64,000 bases of DNA from Planctomycetota bacterium (GCA_027296055.1 JAPUJT010000021.1:1900-65899); one strand, 5' to 3'. Shown: positions 35,476-45,122, counted from the first letter of the stretch. The notes: generated from the letters alone by a model not told the origin. Made by a program: numbers and translations.

Positions 35476-36903
35476 TCAGTTTCTTGTCACACACTCGCCG
35501 CCGGTCCCGCTCGCCAGTCCCTCCAGAAGGCCCTTCCAGCGAGTGGAAACGGCGTGGCTGCTTATGCCGATCGTATGTATCCGGACCTTCCGGAAACGGT
35601 TGATCTCTCGGATCGATTCGAGAATCTCGCCCTTGTTCTTGTAAGTGCCTCGACTGGGAGCCCCATCCGTTAGAAGGAAGATCGTGTCTCCCTGTCCCGC
35701 GCGGATCGCCAGGTCCAGCGCGTCGTAGATGTTCGTGCCGCCACCCGGAGCCCCGAGCCATCGGAGTGTCGCGATCCTGTTGGCTGCGGAAGGCCGCAGA
35801 AGCTGGGGGGATAGCGCCTCCGGCTCGGAACGGAATCGGATCAAATTGTATCGACACGACCTGGGTAGGGCGGCGAGCGCTCGGCCCAATTCCTCCCGGG
35901 CCCGGTCCACGCGAGCCACGCCGCCGATCTTCTGGTTCATGCTTTCCGAAAGGTCCATGACGAAGACGACACGGTCACTCCAGATCGGGATCTGGTAGTA
36001 GGTCACGCGCTCCCTGGTCGACTCTTCCCTTCCAGGCCGTGGGGTGCCCTGCCGGGGCTCCCAGGAGGGCCCGTTAGCCTCCCACCAGATCTTCCAGGCC
36101 TCCGGGTCGGCGCCCAGGTCCCGGCCGGTGATGGCCTGGAGTGCCTTCCAGAGGTCTCGAACCTCACGTCCACTGGCAAGTATCAGGCGCTCGATCAGGG
36201 GGCCCACCGCCTCCTTGGTGCCCAGCCGAGCCAGCACCTCGGTGCCTGTGCAACGGACGATCCATTCCGGATCCTCCAGGGCGCCTATCGCCTCTCGCCG
36301 CGCATCCCCGGGGGCGATCTGCTCCAGGGCCTCCAGGGCTGCGAGTCTCACGCGGGGGTCGTCGTCCATGAGGGCCGCCTGAATCTTCGGGGCCGCGTGG
36401 TGCCTCAGCATGCGAGCCAACGCGTCGGCCGCCGCGGCCCGCACCTTCCAGGACCTGTCTCCTCTCAGAGCCCGGGCGACCTCATCCGAGGCCTCTTGTG
36501 CCCGGATTCGTCCCAGGGCCCAGACGGCTGACTCTCTGACCGAGGCGTCACGGTCCCGTACCCTGTCGATCAGGCCATCCGCCGCCGTGAGGTCCTCCGC
36601 TTCACCGAAGGCCCGGGCGGCGAGGCGACGGGCAGTTGCACGCGGATGGCCGAGCCCCCTCTCGACTAGCCAGGCCCGGACTTCGAGGTTCCGTATCCGT
36701 CCCAGGCCTCTGGCGAGCATCCGTCTCACCCTCGGGTGGGGATCGTCGTGCAAAGCCATCAGTTTCCTGGCGGCTCGGACCGTTCCCTCCTTCGCAAGGA
36801 GTCGGATGCCTCTCACCCGGAGGTCAGGATCTTCCTCCAGCAAAAGCGAGTCCTGCGCCCCTCCCTGCAGGCCCACACATACCGCCACCCAGAAGATGCC
36901 CAT
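35476..36903 (-). CDS. HEAT-repeat protein with C-terminal von Willebrand factor A (VWA) domain
   Basis: Repeated PBS-lyase/HEAT-like units (D..VR..A..ALG.I...). VWA/MIDAS-like start VVFVMDLSESM, with a later TNIYDAL...IFLLTDGAPS. Confidence 0.7.
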   Translation of the reverse strand: MGIFWVAVCVGLQGGAQDSLLLEEDPDLRVRGIRLLAKEGTVRAARKLMALHDDPHPRVRRMLARGLGRIRNLEVRAWLVERGLGHPRATARRLAARAFGEAEDLTAADGLIDRVRDRDASVRESAVWALGRIRAQEASDEVARALRGDRSWKVRAAAADALARMLRHHAAPKIQAALMDDDPRVRLAALEALEQIAPGDARREAIGALEDPEWIVRCTGTEVLARLGTKEAVGPLIERLILASGREVRDLWKALQAITGRDLGADPEAWKIWWEANGPSWEPRQGTPRPGREESTRERVTYYQIPIWSDRVVFVMDLSESMNQKIGGVARVDRAREELGRALAALPRSCRYNLIRFRSEPEALSPQLLRPSAANRIATLRWLGAPGGGTNIYDALDLAIRAGQGDTIFLLTDGAPSRGTYKNKGEILESIREINRFRKVRIHTIGISSHAVSTRWKGLLEGLASGTGGECVTRN

Positions 36904-37204
36904 ATTCCCCTCCCTTCTGCGGAGCTCGGACCCAGCGGAGGCTCGGCCCGGCCACCGACAGAACGGGGGGGCATCCCGGGGAGGATATCGCCCACCGTTT
37001 CTCGTCGGGTTCCGGTTATGCCGCGAGACGTTAGCAGATTCCGCGGTTTCCCGTCAAGGGGAACCGGGTCCGCCTTCAGAAGATTCGAAATAGAAAATGA
37101 CGCCGTGAACGGTTGCAGGAACCGGATCCGCCTTCTGGATGCCCGGCGAGCCCTCGCTACAATGAAGGAAGCGCCCGGACTTGTGACGCGCAGGAGGATC
37201 TCGG

Positions 37205-39268
37205 ATGGCATGGACGGACGTTACGTGGCGCAGCCCGCTGATCGGCATCGGCGCGGTGATCCTCCTGGGGGCCTGTGGATCGTCCTCTGTCCGGGACGAT
37301 GTCGGCCGCCTTCCCCCTTACGAAGTGACGGATCGATCCCTCTTTCTGGAGATCGATCCGGAGCGGCTGGGGATTCGAGCCTGGCTGCGCGATCGACCCG
37401 CCTGGGAAAGCCCGCCCGATTTCGAGCCGTCGATCAGCATCTGGCACGATCAGAAAGAGATCACCCTCCCGCTTCGTCTGGCGGGGTCCATCGAGGCTCT
37501 GAAGCCCGGAGGAGTTGGAGAGAGTCGGATCCGGATCCGCTTTTCGGAGTTTCCGCATCCCGGCGCCGAGGGAATCGTCGTCGAACTCGTCGTGGCGCTG
37601 GCAGCCAAGAGGAACGAATTTGTCATCGAGGTGGTACCCGTCTTCGATCCGGCGGGTCGCCTCTTCGGGGCGGACTTTCCGCCGCCTCTCGCCATTCACT
37701 CCGATGAGGTGGGTTACACGGTCCTCCCGACGATGCAGGGGCTGATGATCCCGGATGACTACCCGGAATCGCTCTCCTCATCCATTGACTGGTGGCCGGA
37801 CGCCTCCCCGGATCCGGAGGAGCCATGGTGGGGCGGCGCCGTGTTCAGTCGCGCAAGCTCGATGGCATGGTTCGGGGCGGTGAAAGGGAACCAGGCCTAC
37901 CTGGCGATCATCGACACTCCGTACGACGCCGTCCTCGATCTTTCCCATCCCAGCGGAGGCCCGACGAAGTTGCGGGTCCGATGGCGGCCGTCGCGCGGTA
38001 CGCTGTCGTACACTCGGCGCGTCCGGTACGCCTTCATCGAGGGGGCGAATTACATGGATCTCGCCCGGCGATATCGGGAGCACGCGAAGTCTGCCGGTTT
38101 CCACCGGTCTCTGAAGGAGAAGATCGGCGCCAGGCCGATCGTCGAAAACCTGGCCGGGGCCGTGCTTCTGAGGGCCCAGTTCGCTCGAGCCGAGAACCCC
38201 ATGATCGTCTCTAGCGCTGTGGAGTCGGCGATCGGGAAGGGCATCGGGAGGGCGGTCCTCCGGCTCCCCTCGGGGGCGGGGGTCCTGTCGAAGTCCGTCG
38301 GCCGGTCGTGGAAGGAGTTTACCCAGGAGCTGTTCGAGAAGGGCTGGATCCTGGCCGCCCAGGCGCAACCTTTCGGGGATCTGGACCATCCGGAGTCGAG
38401 TGATCCGGAGCAGGCCGCCTGGCCCAGCCGGCATGGATCTCTGGGGATGCTGGCTCGGAGCAGGGTTGTCGTGGGGTCTCGGCCGGAGGAACGAGCCAGG
38501 AGGCCGCAGCCCGACGCTCGCCGCGCCGTCTTCACCACCTGGTACGGAGGTTACCGGCGATCTCGCGAGATGGTTTGCCCTGTACGCAAGGCTGTCTGGT
38601 TGGACGAGTCCCTCCGGGCGACCGCTCGCCGGGGGATACGCATCTCAGGGGTGCACCTGACCGACCTTTCCGAAGTTCCGCTCTTTGACTGCTATCACGC
38701 GAAGCACTCCCTGGACAAGAGAGGATGCGCGGAGGCAATTCGTGACGTGATCTCGAAGATCTCCGGGCGGGGACACGTCGTCTATGCCGACGAACCCACG
38801 GACTACCTGATGGACGTCGCCGATCTGTTCGATCGATGCAGTTATCCCAGAGTCGATGGCTCGACCGGCGACCCCCTCGGGATATCGGTGCCCCTCCTTT
38901 CGCTCGTCTATCATGACGCGGCGATTATCGCCTGGGACCTCGACACGGGAACTGACGCATCGGACGACGCGCAGTACCTGGACGCGACCCTGAACGGAGG
39001 AATGCCAGCCCTCCCCCTGGATGCCGACGGCTGGCTCGTGAGGCGACGGCCAGGAGAATCGATGCTGGCGCGCAAGGAGCGCGAGGAAAGGCTCGTGAAG
39101 AGGGCCGTGTCCCTGGCGGCGCTGCACGAGCAGCTATGGGATGAGGATCTGAACTCCCACGAATTCGTGACGCCGGATGGAATGATTCAGAGGACGGGAT
39201 TCTCGAACGGAGCGCAGATCGAAGTGAACTTCGGCAACGGAGAGATCAAGCTGAAGGGAATGAACTGA
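37205..39268 (+). CDS. Large lipoprotein of unknown function (possibly glycoside-hydrolase-like)
   Basis: Signal and lipobox IGIGAVILLGACGSS. 687 aa. No catalytic family recognised with confidence. Confidence 0.5.
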   Translation: MAWTDVTWRSPLIGIGAVILLGACGSSSVRDDVGRLPPYEVTDRSLFLEIDPERLGIRAWLRDRPAWESPPDFEPSISIWHDQKEITLPLRLAGSIEALKPGGVGESRIRIRFSEFPHPGAEGIVVELVVALAAKRNEFVIEVVPVFDPAGRLFGADFPPPLAIHSDEVGYTVLPTMQGLMIPDDYPESLSSSIDWWPDASPDPEEPWWGGAVFSRASSMAWFGAVKGNQAYLAIIDTPYDAVLDLSHPSGGPTKLRVRWRPSRGTLSYTRRVRYAFIEGANYMDLARRYREHAKSAGFHRSLKEKIGARPIVENLAGAVLLRAQFARAENPMIVSSAVESAIGKGIGRAVLRLPSGAGVLSKSVGRSWKEFTQELFEKGWILAAQAQPFGDLDHPESSDPEQAAWPSRHGSLGMLARSRVVVGSRPEERARRPQPDARRAVFTTWYGGYRRSREMVCPVRKAVWLDESLRATARRGIRISGVHLTDLSEVPLFDCYHAKHSLDKRGCAEAIRDVISKISGRGHVVYADEPTDYLMDVADLFDRCSYPRVDGSTGDPLGISVPLLSLVYHDAAIIAWDLDTGTDASDDAQYLDATLNGGMPALPLDADGWLVRRRPGESMLARKEREERLVKRAVSLAALHEQLWDEDLNSHEFVTPDGMIQRTGFSNGAQIEVNFGNGEIKLKGMN

Positions 39269-39347
39269 TCTCGGGCGCGGCTTGGGTGGCCCGGGTAGAT
39301 TGTTCAGCACCCTGGACAGGGAAACCTCGAAGGAGCATAATGGAGAC

Positions 39348-39695
39348 ATGCCCGTGTTTCTGCTAGGAGAAGGTTCCGCCAGCGTCCCCTTCAATCGCAC
39401 GTTCTTCAACGTCACCCTCGGCGACCTGTTGAAGACGGCGGGGGGAAGCGAATCTGTGCGCTTCACCCTGTATCTGACGGACGGTATGAGGCTGGCGGTG
39501 TGCAAGATCGAGGAGCTTGCCGATCCCTACATGATTGTCCGCGGATACAGCGGGGAAGACGAAGCCTGCGACACGACGCTTCATGTCGTTCCCTATGGGC
39601 TGATCTACCGGATGGAGATCGATCCAAAGGGCATGGAGGAAAGTACACGCCTCGGGTTTACCTGGACTACCGCAGAAGGCACAGAAGCCTCCTGA
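39348..39695 (+). CDS. Small hypothetical protein (115 aa)
   Basis: ATG 39348 lies downstream of AAGGAG. Its stop abuts the stop of the convergent gene (TGATCA at 39693-39698). No family recognised. Confidence 0.4.
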   Translation: MPVFLLGEGSASVPFNRTFFNVTLGDLLKTAGGSESVRFTLYLTDGMRLAVCKIEELADPYMIVRGYSGEDEACDTTLHVVPYGLIYRMEIDPKGMEESTRLGFTWTTAEGTEAS

Positions 39696-40604
39696 TCAGC
39701 TCTCCGATTCCACTCCCCCGAACTCCAGAGAAATACCGATCCCCGCGAAGGGGGTGATCAGCTCCGTCGACTCGATGTCGACGCCCAGGTCGCCGTCATC
39801 CGGAATCAGCGTTATGCCGGCCCCCACGATTCCGTAGATGTTGAGGGAGGCTCCTGGAGAGAGCTGAAAGCTGATTCCGGCCCGAAGAGAGCCTTGAAAG
39901 GCCATCTGGATCGCCTGTTCGTAGAGCGTTCCTTCCTCGGTGCTGCCGGCGGCAGGATCATCGATGTCGGCATCCACCTTCTGCATCGACCCTATGCCGA
40001 CGCCCAGGTCCCCACCGACAAAGAGCATACCGAGGGTCAGCCGGCCGTGGATGCCGACGAGGAGCTTGAGGACGTCCAGGTCATCCGCCTCGATCGTCAC
40101 TCCCGAAGGATCCTCGTGCTCGTCTCCCTCGAAGTGCTTGTAATCGAACAGGATGAAGGGCCCGAAGCTGAGCATGGGCCCCGAGCGATCGCCGAAGCGG
40201 AGGTGCCCGCGGTATTGAAGAGAGACCCCGTATCCCGGCTCGAAGATGTCGGAATACTCGACATCATCATCGAATTGTGTGTTGTCCTCCACGGCGATAC
40301 CGTCGACGAACGCTGCCGTGCCTCCGATCGTGAACTCGTGGCTCAGATGCTTCCCGAAGAGAAATGACTGTACGGGAGCCGGGGTCGGGGAGGCCGCGGC
40401 GGGTCCGAGACTCGCCGGCAAGCCGTCCTCGAAGGCGCTTCCGATGGCTTGTGCGTCCACGCTGAACCGATCGGCTCCATCTTCGTAGCCGTCCATACGG
40501 GACAAGCTCAGGATCTCATCCGCGCCAGCGGTCATGAGACACGGAGTCGCGACAAAGGCGACGAGGAGGATGGCCCGACGGCTCCATGAATTCGATCTTC
40601 TCAC
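39696..40604 (-). CDS. Secreted outer-membrane-like beta-rich protein, paralog 1
   Basis: N-terminal signal peptide and alternating beta-strand-like pattern. Clearly paralogous to the upstream gene: SRMDGYEDGADRF / SAMDGYSLNNADHPF and FGPFILFDYKHFEGDEHEDPSGVTIEADD / WGPYVRVKSILFDGDSHQEKSGNEITADD. Confidence 0.5.
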   Translation of the reverse strand: MRRSNSWSRRAILLVAFVATPCLMTAGADEILSLSRMDGYEDGADRFSVDAQAIGSAFEDGLPASLGPAAASPTPAPVQSFLFGKHLSHEFTIGGTAAFVDGIAVEDNTQFDDDVEYSDIFEPGYGVSLQYRGHLRFGDRSGPMLSFGPFILFDYKHFEGDEHEDPSGVTIEADDLDVLKLLVGIHGRLTLGMLFVGGDLGVGIGSMQKVDADIDDPAAGSTEEGTLYEQAIQMAFQGSLRAGISFQLSPGASLNIYGIVGAGITLIPDDGDLGVDIESTELITPFAGIGISLEFGGVESES

Positions 40605-40608
40605 TTTT

Positions 40609-41637
40609 TCACCTCCGATAGACCTCCGGTGGCGCGGCGGCGCGCTCGTCCTCCCGGTAAGGAGGGGCGGAAGGAGGACGCACAGCCGGCTCGCCGCCGA
40701 AATCGAGGGCCAAGCCTATCCCGAACGAGCTCCACGGTATCGCCTCAGGGTCTGTATCGCTTCCGAAGAGATCGCCCTCGTCAGGGGCGGTGGATATGCC
40801 GAATCCAAAAGCGAGGAAGGAAGAGAGTCCGAATCGTCGTCCAAGTCGCCACCTCATGCCCAGACGAAACTCCGAGTCGACCCCGAACCCCGTGGTGAAG
40901 TCATAGAGTTTTCCGGAGGTGGTAACGCTATTGAAATCGTCGTAGTAAATGGCGTCCACCTCGCTGATGAAGGCGAGCCCGATTCCGATCTGGATGGCAA
41001 GAAAGAATCGACCGAAACTCAGGTTGCCGTGGGCCCCCACGGTGATGGTCGTGATCCGCATATCATCCGCGGTGATCTCATTGCCCGACTTTTCCTGGTG
41101 GCTGTCTCCGTCGAAGAGAATGGACTTGACCCTGACGTACGGCCCCCACCCGAGCAATTTCCTGATTCCCAGGGGCCTCTGGAAATGCAGGCGGTAGGTC
41201 AGGCTGAATCCGCTGGCCGTGAGGAAGATATCCTCGTAGCCAACGTCCCTCGAGAAGCTCGTGCCTTTGTCGACGGCGACGGCATTGAATGGGTCCGCAT
41301 TGATAACGAGTTCGGCGCCGAGTTCGTGGATGATCCCCTTGAGGCCTGTCGGACGCATGGCCGGGGGGCCGGCCAGCCTCTCGGGGGCAGGGTCGTCAGT
41401 GCGCCAGGGGGGCGGAAGCTCCTCCTGGATGAGGCCTTCCCTTGAAATGAGAAGGGCTGCGCCGAACGACTCCGGGCCCGCATAGATTCTCCCGGCAGCG
41501 AAGGGATGATCGGCATTGTTGAGCGAATATCCGTCCATGGCCGAGACGCGCGAAGATCCGTTGGCAAGGGCAAGGGAGGGGAGGCCCAGCGTCAGCAGGG
41601 CTGCGATCAGACGGAAGGATCTGGCGTGGGTTCGCAT
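40609..41637 (-). CDS. Secreted outer-membrane-like beta-rich protein, paralog 2
   Basis: Signal peptide MRTHARSFRLIAALLTLGLPSLALA. Paralogous to 39696-40604, with a 4-nt spacer between the two genes. Confidence 0.5.
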   Translation of the reverse strand: MRTHARSFRLIAALLTLGLPSLALANGSSRVSAMDGYSLNNADHPFAAGRIYAGPESFGAALLISREGLIQEELPPPWRTDDPAPERLAGPPAMRPTGLKGIIHELGAELVINADPFNAVAVDKGTSFSRDVGYEDIFLTASGFSLTYRLHFQRPLGIRKLLGWGPYVRVKSILFDGDSHQEKSGNEITADDMRITTITVGAHGNLSFGRFFLAIQIGIGLAFISEVDAIYYDDFNSVTTSGKLYDFTTGFGVDSEFRLGMRWRLGRRFGLSSFLAFGFGISTAPDEGDLFGSDTDPEAIPWSSFGIGLALDFGGEPAVRPPSAPPYREDERAAAPPEVYRR

Positions 41638-41743
41638 GTCAATCCGTTCACGTGCCTCTGTTCATCCTCGAATACCACTCGACCGTGGAATCTACCGGTG
41701 ATCTGCGAGATCCTCAAGCGATTTGCCGGAGAGCGCACCCCTC

Positions 41744-43969
41744 CTACAGGATCGGTTCGATCCCTTGTATAGTGACTTCCGCGGCCCCGCCGGGGAGTTC
41801 CAGATGTACGAGGTCGCCTACCTTCTTTCCGAGGAGCCCCTGGGCAAGGGGAGCCCGATACGAGACGGCATCTTCCCCCTCGTCCCAGGGCCCCAGAATC
41901 GAGATGTGGTGTTCCACTCCCGTCCCCTCGTCGCGATACGAGCAGCGCACTCCTGGAGCGACGACCCCCTCCGGACGGGGTTGGGATTCGAGCGGCATCG
42001 CCTTCGCCATCTCCTCCTCCATGATGCGGGACTGCTCCGCAAGGCTCTGCTGCTCCTCGATCGCTGCTGACCACTCGGCGTTTTCGCTCAGATCGCCGTG
42101 GGAGGCGGCCTCTCCAAGGGCCTTCCGGTTGGCAGGAATCTTCTCCTCGACGAGGACGCGTAGCTCTTCTCTTCGCCTGGCAATCCCCTCCTCCGTGCAG
42201 AAGATGGCTTCCCCCTGCCAGAAGGAGAGTGCCTCATCCGTCTCGCGGCTGGGCGCGCGTGCCCGGACCGCTTCGGTGAACTCCCACGGGAGATCCGGGG
42301 CCGTATCCGCGAAGGTGCACCAACGCTGAACGTCCTCGGCGGTGGAGTCATCGAGAATGCGAATGATCAGGGGCTTTCGCCCTCCTACGAGCAGCCCGAC
42401 GAGCCCGCGGAGTAGCCGCGGCGGAATCTTCTCGCCCCGGGGAGGCCGAGCCAGGTCGCGCGAGAGCGGCAGGATGGAGTCGAAGAGATCGCTCGGAGAG
42501 AGACCTGTTCCCAGGGTCCCTCTAGACCAGACCCCGGTCAGATAGATGACCATCTCTCGGTTTCGAAACGGCGTATCCAGAAATCCGCGGAAGGCGCTCG
42601 TGACCTTGTCCTGAAGGCCCTCATCCAGGAGGAGCGAGATCGTCTCCTCCACCACGGATCCCGTGAAGCCTCCGGCGGCGCCAAGAATACGACCCGACCA
42701 CGCTTCGGGGAGCATCTCACGGATCCGGCGAAAGGCCGCCTGTCGCCCTTCGCGGCTGGGGATAGTGCTGAAGACCTTGGCGAGGCGCTCGTCGGAGAGG
42801 TCCGGCTCGTCGTCCATCGCATCCTTCAGGATCGAGGACGCTTCGACGGGGGGGCTCCCCCCCCATTCTTCCACCGCCAGGGCCGCCTCCAGCCGGACTC
42901 CGGGATCGTCGGACCCGACGGCGGATTGTCCCGCTTCGAGCCGGCGGCAAATCTCCTTCACGATCTCCAGGGCTGTCTCCTCCGAGATCTTTTCCCTGCG
43001 GTACTGACGGGCGCGCATGACCGACTCGGCCAGTCCTCGCGCCCAGCGCACCTCGCGGATCGCTTCCTCGTCCAGAGTGAGAGGCCTCTCACGCAGGACG
43101 AACACAGGACGGGCACGGGTTCCCTCCACCGCGAGGAAAGGCTCCCGCGTCGCCTCGTCCTTCGCCCGTTTCCACCAGGAATTCCACTTCGACTCCGGGA
43201 TCACCTGGCCGAAGAGCGCCGTCTTGATCTGGGGCGACGTTACTCGACCCCCGTGAGAGCGAGCGACGTTACGAAGGATCTGGGCGGGAGACTCGAGAGC
43301 CTGTAGGCGGACCTCTTCCGGATGAGTCATCAAGAGGGCGCGCCAGTCCTCCGCGTCCAGGGGTGAGAGTAGCTCCTGGCAAACTTCGAGCGAGAGGTTT
43401 CTCTCCGTGCCGTTCGAGAATCGAACGAGGCACATGCTGGTCTCCGGGTCCATCGTCTCGATCTTCCCGGGCCGATTCTCTCGATAATGGATCACGGCTG
43501 AGCCGGGGCGATACCCGAGGAGGGCCTGGAATTCCTCGATCTTCGGTCCGATCTGGGTGCTGGATTCGATGCCCGACATCTGGAGGAAGAGGGGAAACCA
43601 CTCCTCGTCCCCATACATACCAGCGATCGCGTTGAGCACCAGAGGCCTCAAGACTGCCACTTCCTTGCCGGTTCTCTGGGTTCGGACGACAGGCTGAATG
43701 GCCCGGATGACATCCGCGTTCCTACCCTCGGAGCTGAGCGCCTCGGCGAGCAACGTCACGAGGGTGGAAGTTCTCGCGAACTCCCCTTTCCTGACGAGGG
43801 TCTCCAGCGCCGCCACGAACGGATTCAGGTCGCCGAGCGCCTCCAGCTGATCCAGCCATACCTCCTCGAGTCGATCCAGCTCACCCGCAGCGGCCAGGCT
43901 GGTCATCGTCCGCTCGGCCTCCGCCGGGGATCCGTCGGGTTGCGGCTGCTGCGATTCCGCTTCAGTCAT
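41744..43969 (-). CDS. GreA/GreB-family transcript cleavage factor homolog with ~590-aa N-terminal extension
   Basis: The C-terminal ~150 aa, ...LGEAASHGDLSENAEWSAAIEEQQSLAEQSRIMEEEM...VSYRAPLAQGLLGKKVGDLV, match the GreA coiled-coil tip (acidic DLSEN) plus the globular domain. Start ATG 43969 overlaps the galE stop. Confidence 0.7.
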   Translation of the reverse strand: MTEAESQQPQPDGSPAEAERTMTSLAAAGELDRLEEVWLDQLEALGDLNPFVAALETLVRKGEFARTSTLVTLLAEALSSEGRNADVIRAIQPVVRTQRTGKEVAVLRPLVLNAIAGMYGDEEWFPLFLQMSGIESSTQIGPKIEEFQALLGYRPGSAVIHYRENRPGKIETMDPETSMCLVRFSNGTERNLSLEVCQELLSPLDAEDWRALLMTHPEEVRLQALESPAQILRNVARSHGGRVTSPQIKTALFGQVIPESKWNSWWKRAKDEATREPFLAVEGTRARPVFVLRERPLTLDEEAIREVRWARGLAESVMRARQYRREKISEETALEIVKEICRRLEAGQSAVGSDDPGVRLEAALAVEEWGGSPPVEASSILKDAMDDEPDLSDERLAKVFSTIPSREGRQAAFRRIREMLPEAWSGRILGAAGGFTGSVVEETISLLLDEGLQDKVTSAFRGFLDTPFRNREMVIYLTGVWSRGTLGTGLSPSDLFDSILPLSRDLARPPRGEKIPPRLLRGLVGLLVGGRKPLIIRILDDSTAEDVQRWCTFADTAPDLPWEFTEAVRARAPSRETDEALSFWQGEAIFCTEEGIARRREELRVLVEEKIPANRKALGEAASHGDLSENAEWSAAIEEQQSLAEQSRIMEEEMAKAMPLESQPRPEGVVAPGVRCSYRDEGTGVEHHISILGPWDEGEDAVSYRAPLAQGLLGKKVGDLVHLELPGGAAEVTIQGIEPIL

Positions 43970-44942
43970 CGTTGTATCCTTCCGGGTGGGCTCGTTGCCA
44001 TTCCCATGCGCTCTCCAGGATCGGGCGGAGGTCACTTCTCTCCGGTTTCCAGCCCAGCTCATGGTTGATTCGATTGAAGCTGGCCACGAGAGCGGGCGGG
44101 TCCCCCGGCCTACGATCGACGAGTCGCTCCGGGATGGGATGGCCAGTCACCTCGCGCGCCGTTTCAATAACCTGCCGGACCGATGCGCCAGAGCCTCCCC
44201 CCAGATTGAAGGTGCGGCTGCCACGATCGAGGGCCTGCAGGGCGAGAATGTGTGCGCGAGCAAGATCGGCCACGTGGACGTAGTCGCGGACGCAGGTACC
44301 GTCGTCCGTCTCATAGTCCGCCCCGAAGACGTCGATCGCTTCCGCTTGCCCGAGGGCCACCTTGAGCACCCTGGGTATCAGGTGCGTCTCCGGGTCGTGA
44401 TCCTCTCCCCTGTCCCCGGTCGCCCCCGCCGCATTGAAGTAACGCAGGCTGGCGAACCGAAAGTCGTAGGCGCGGTCATACCAATGAAGGGCGCGCTCGA
44501 AGATCAGCTTCGTCTCCCCGTAGGGATTGATCGGCTCCGTGGGAGCATCCTCGTCTATGGGGATTCGCCGGGCGTTTCCATAGACGGCGGCCGACGAGGA
44601 GAAGACGATCCTCCGGACGCCAGCGGCCCGCATCGTTTCCAGGAGGCTGAGGCCGTTCGAGACGTTGTTCCGGTAGTACGCGGCGGGATCGGATATGGAA
44701 TCACCGACGAGACAGGACGCGGCGAGATGAATCACCGCTTCCACCTCATTCTTGCGGATGGTTTCTGCCAGCAGTTCCGCGTCACCAATCTCGCCCTCGA
44801 TGAAAGGGGCCTCCTGCGGAGGGGCAGGCCGATGTCCCGCCGACAAGTTGTCGACGACGATCGGCTTGGCTCCCGCGGCCGCCAGCTCGGCTGCCACCAC
44901 GGAGCCGATGTAACCGGCGCCCCCTGTCACGAGGACCTTCAT
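43962..44942 (-). CDS. galE: UDP-glucose 4-epimerase
   Basis: MKVLVTGGAGYIGS, FSSSAAVYG, YGETKL (YxxxK), RYFNAAGA. GGAGAGGGAG RBS. Confidence 0.9.
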   Translation of the reverse strand: MKVLVTGGAGYIGSVVAAELAAAGAKPIVVDNLSAGHRPAPPQEAPFIEGEIGDAELLAETIRKNEVEAVIHLAASCLVGDSISDPAAYYRNNVSNGLSLLETMRAAGVRRIVFSSSAAVYGNARRIPIDEDAPTEPINPYGETKLIFERALHWYDRAYDFRFASLRYFNAAGATGDRGEDHDPETHLIPRVLKVALGQAEAIDVFGADYETDDGTCVRDYVHVADLARAHILALQALDRGSRTFNLGGGSGASVRQVIETAREVTGHPIPERLVDRRPGDPPALVASFNRINHELGWKPERSDLRPILESAWEWQRAHPEGYNDD

Positions 44943-45050
44943 CTCCCTCTCCACTCCCGGCACGCCCAAGGGGGAGATATTTTAGCCAGAACCGCCCGCG
45001 ACATCTTCCGCTTTCCTACGGAATCCACTCCCCGTAGGTCGGTCCTCGCC

Positions 45051-45078
45051 TTGACTTGCCCCTGCCACGGCCTATGAT
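45051..45078 (+). promoter_or_regulatory. Candidate sigma70-type promoter for the NPP-like gene
   Basis: TTGACT (45051-56), 16-nt spacer, TATGAT (45073-78), ~45 nt upstream of ATG 45123. Confidence 0.35.
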
Positions 45079-45122
45079 GACCGCCCGCCGCCCTGGCAAT
45101 CTGCCCTTCGAGGTCCGTCCCC

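Noticed and set aside
36904-37204. 300-bp divergent spacer between the HEAT-VWA gene and the 687-aa lipoprotein gene, with overlapping ORFs (36736-37707, 36813-37211).
   Set aside because: The ORFs have low-complexity R/P/S-rich translations. No convincing promoter hexamers or structured elements were found by eye.
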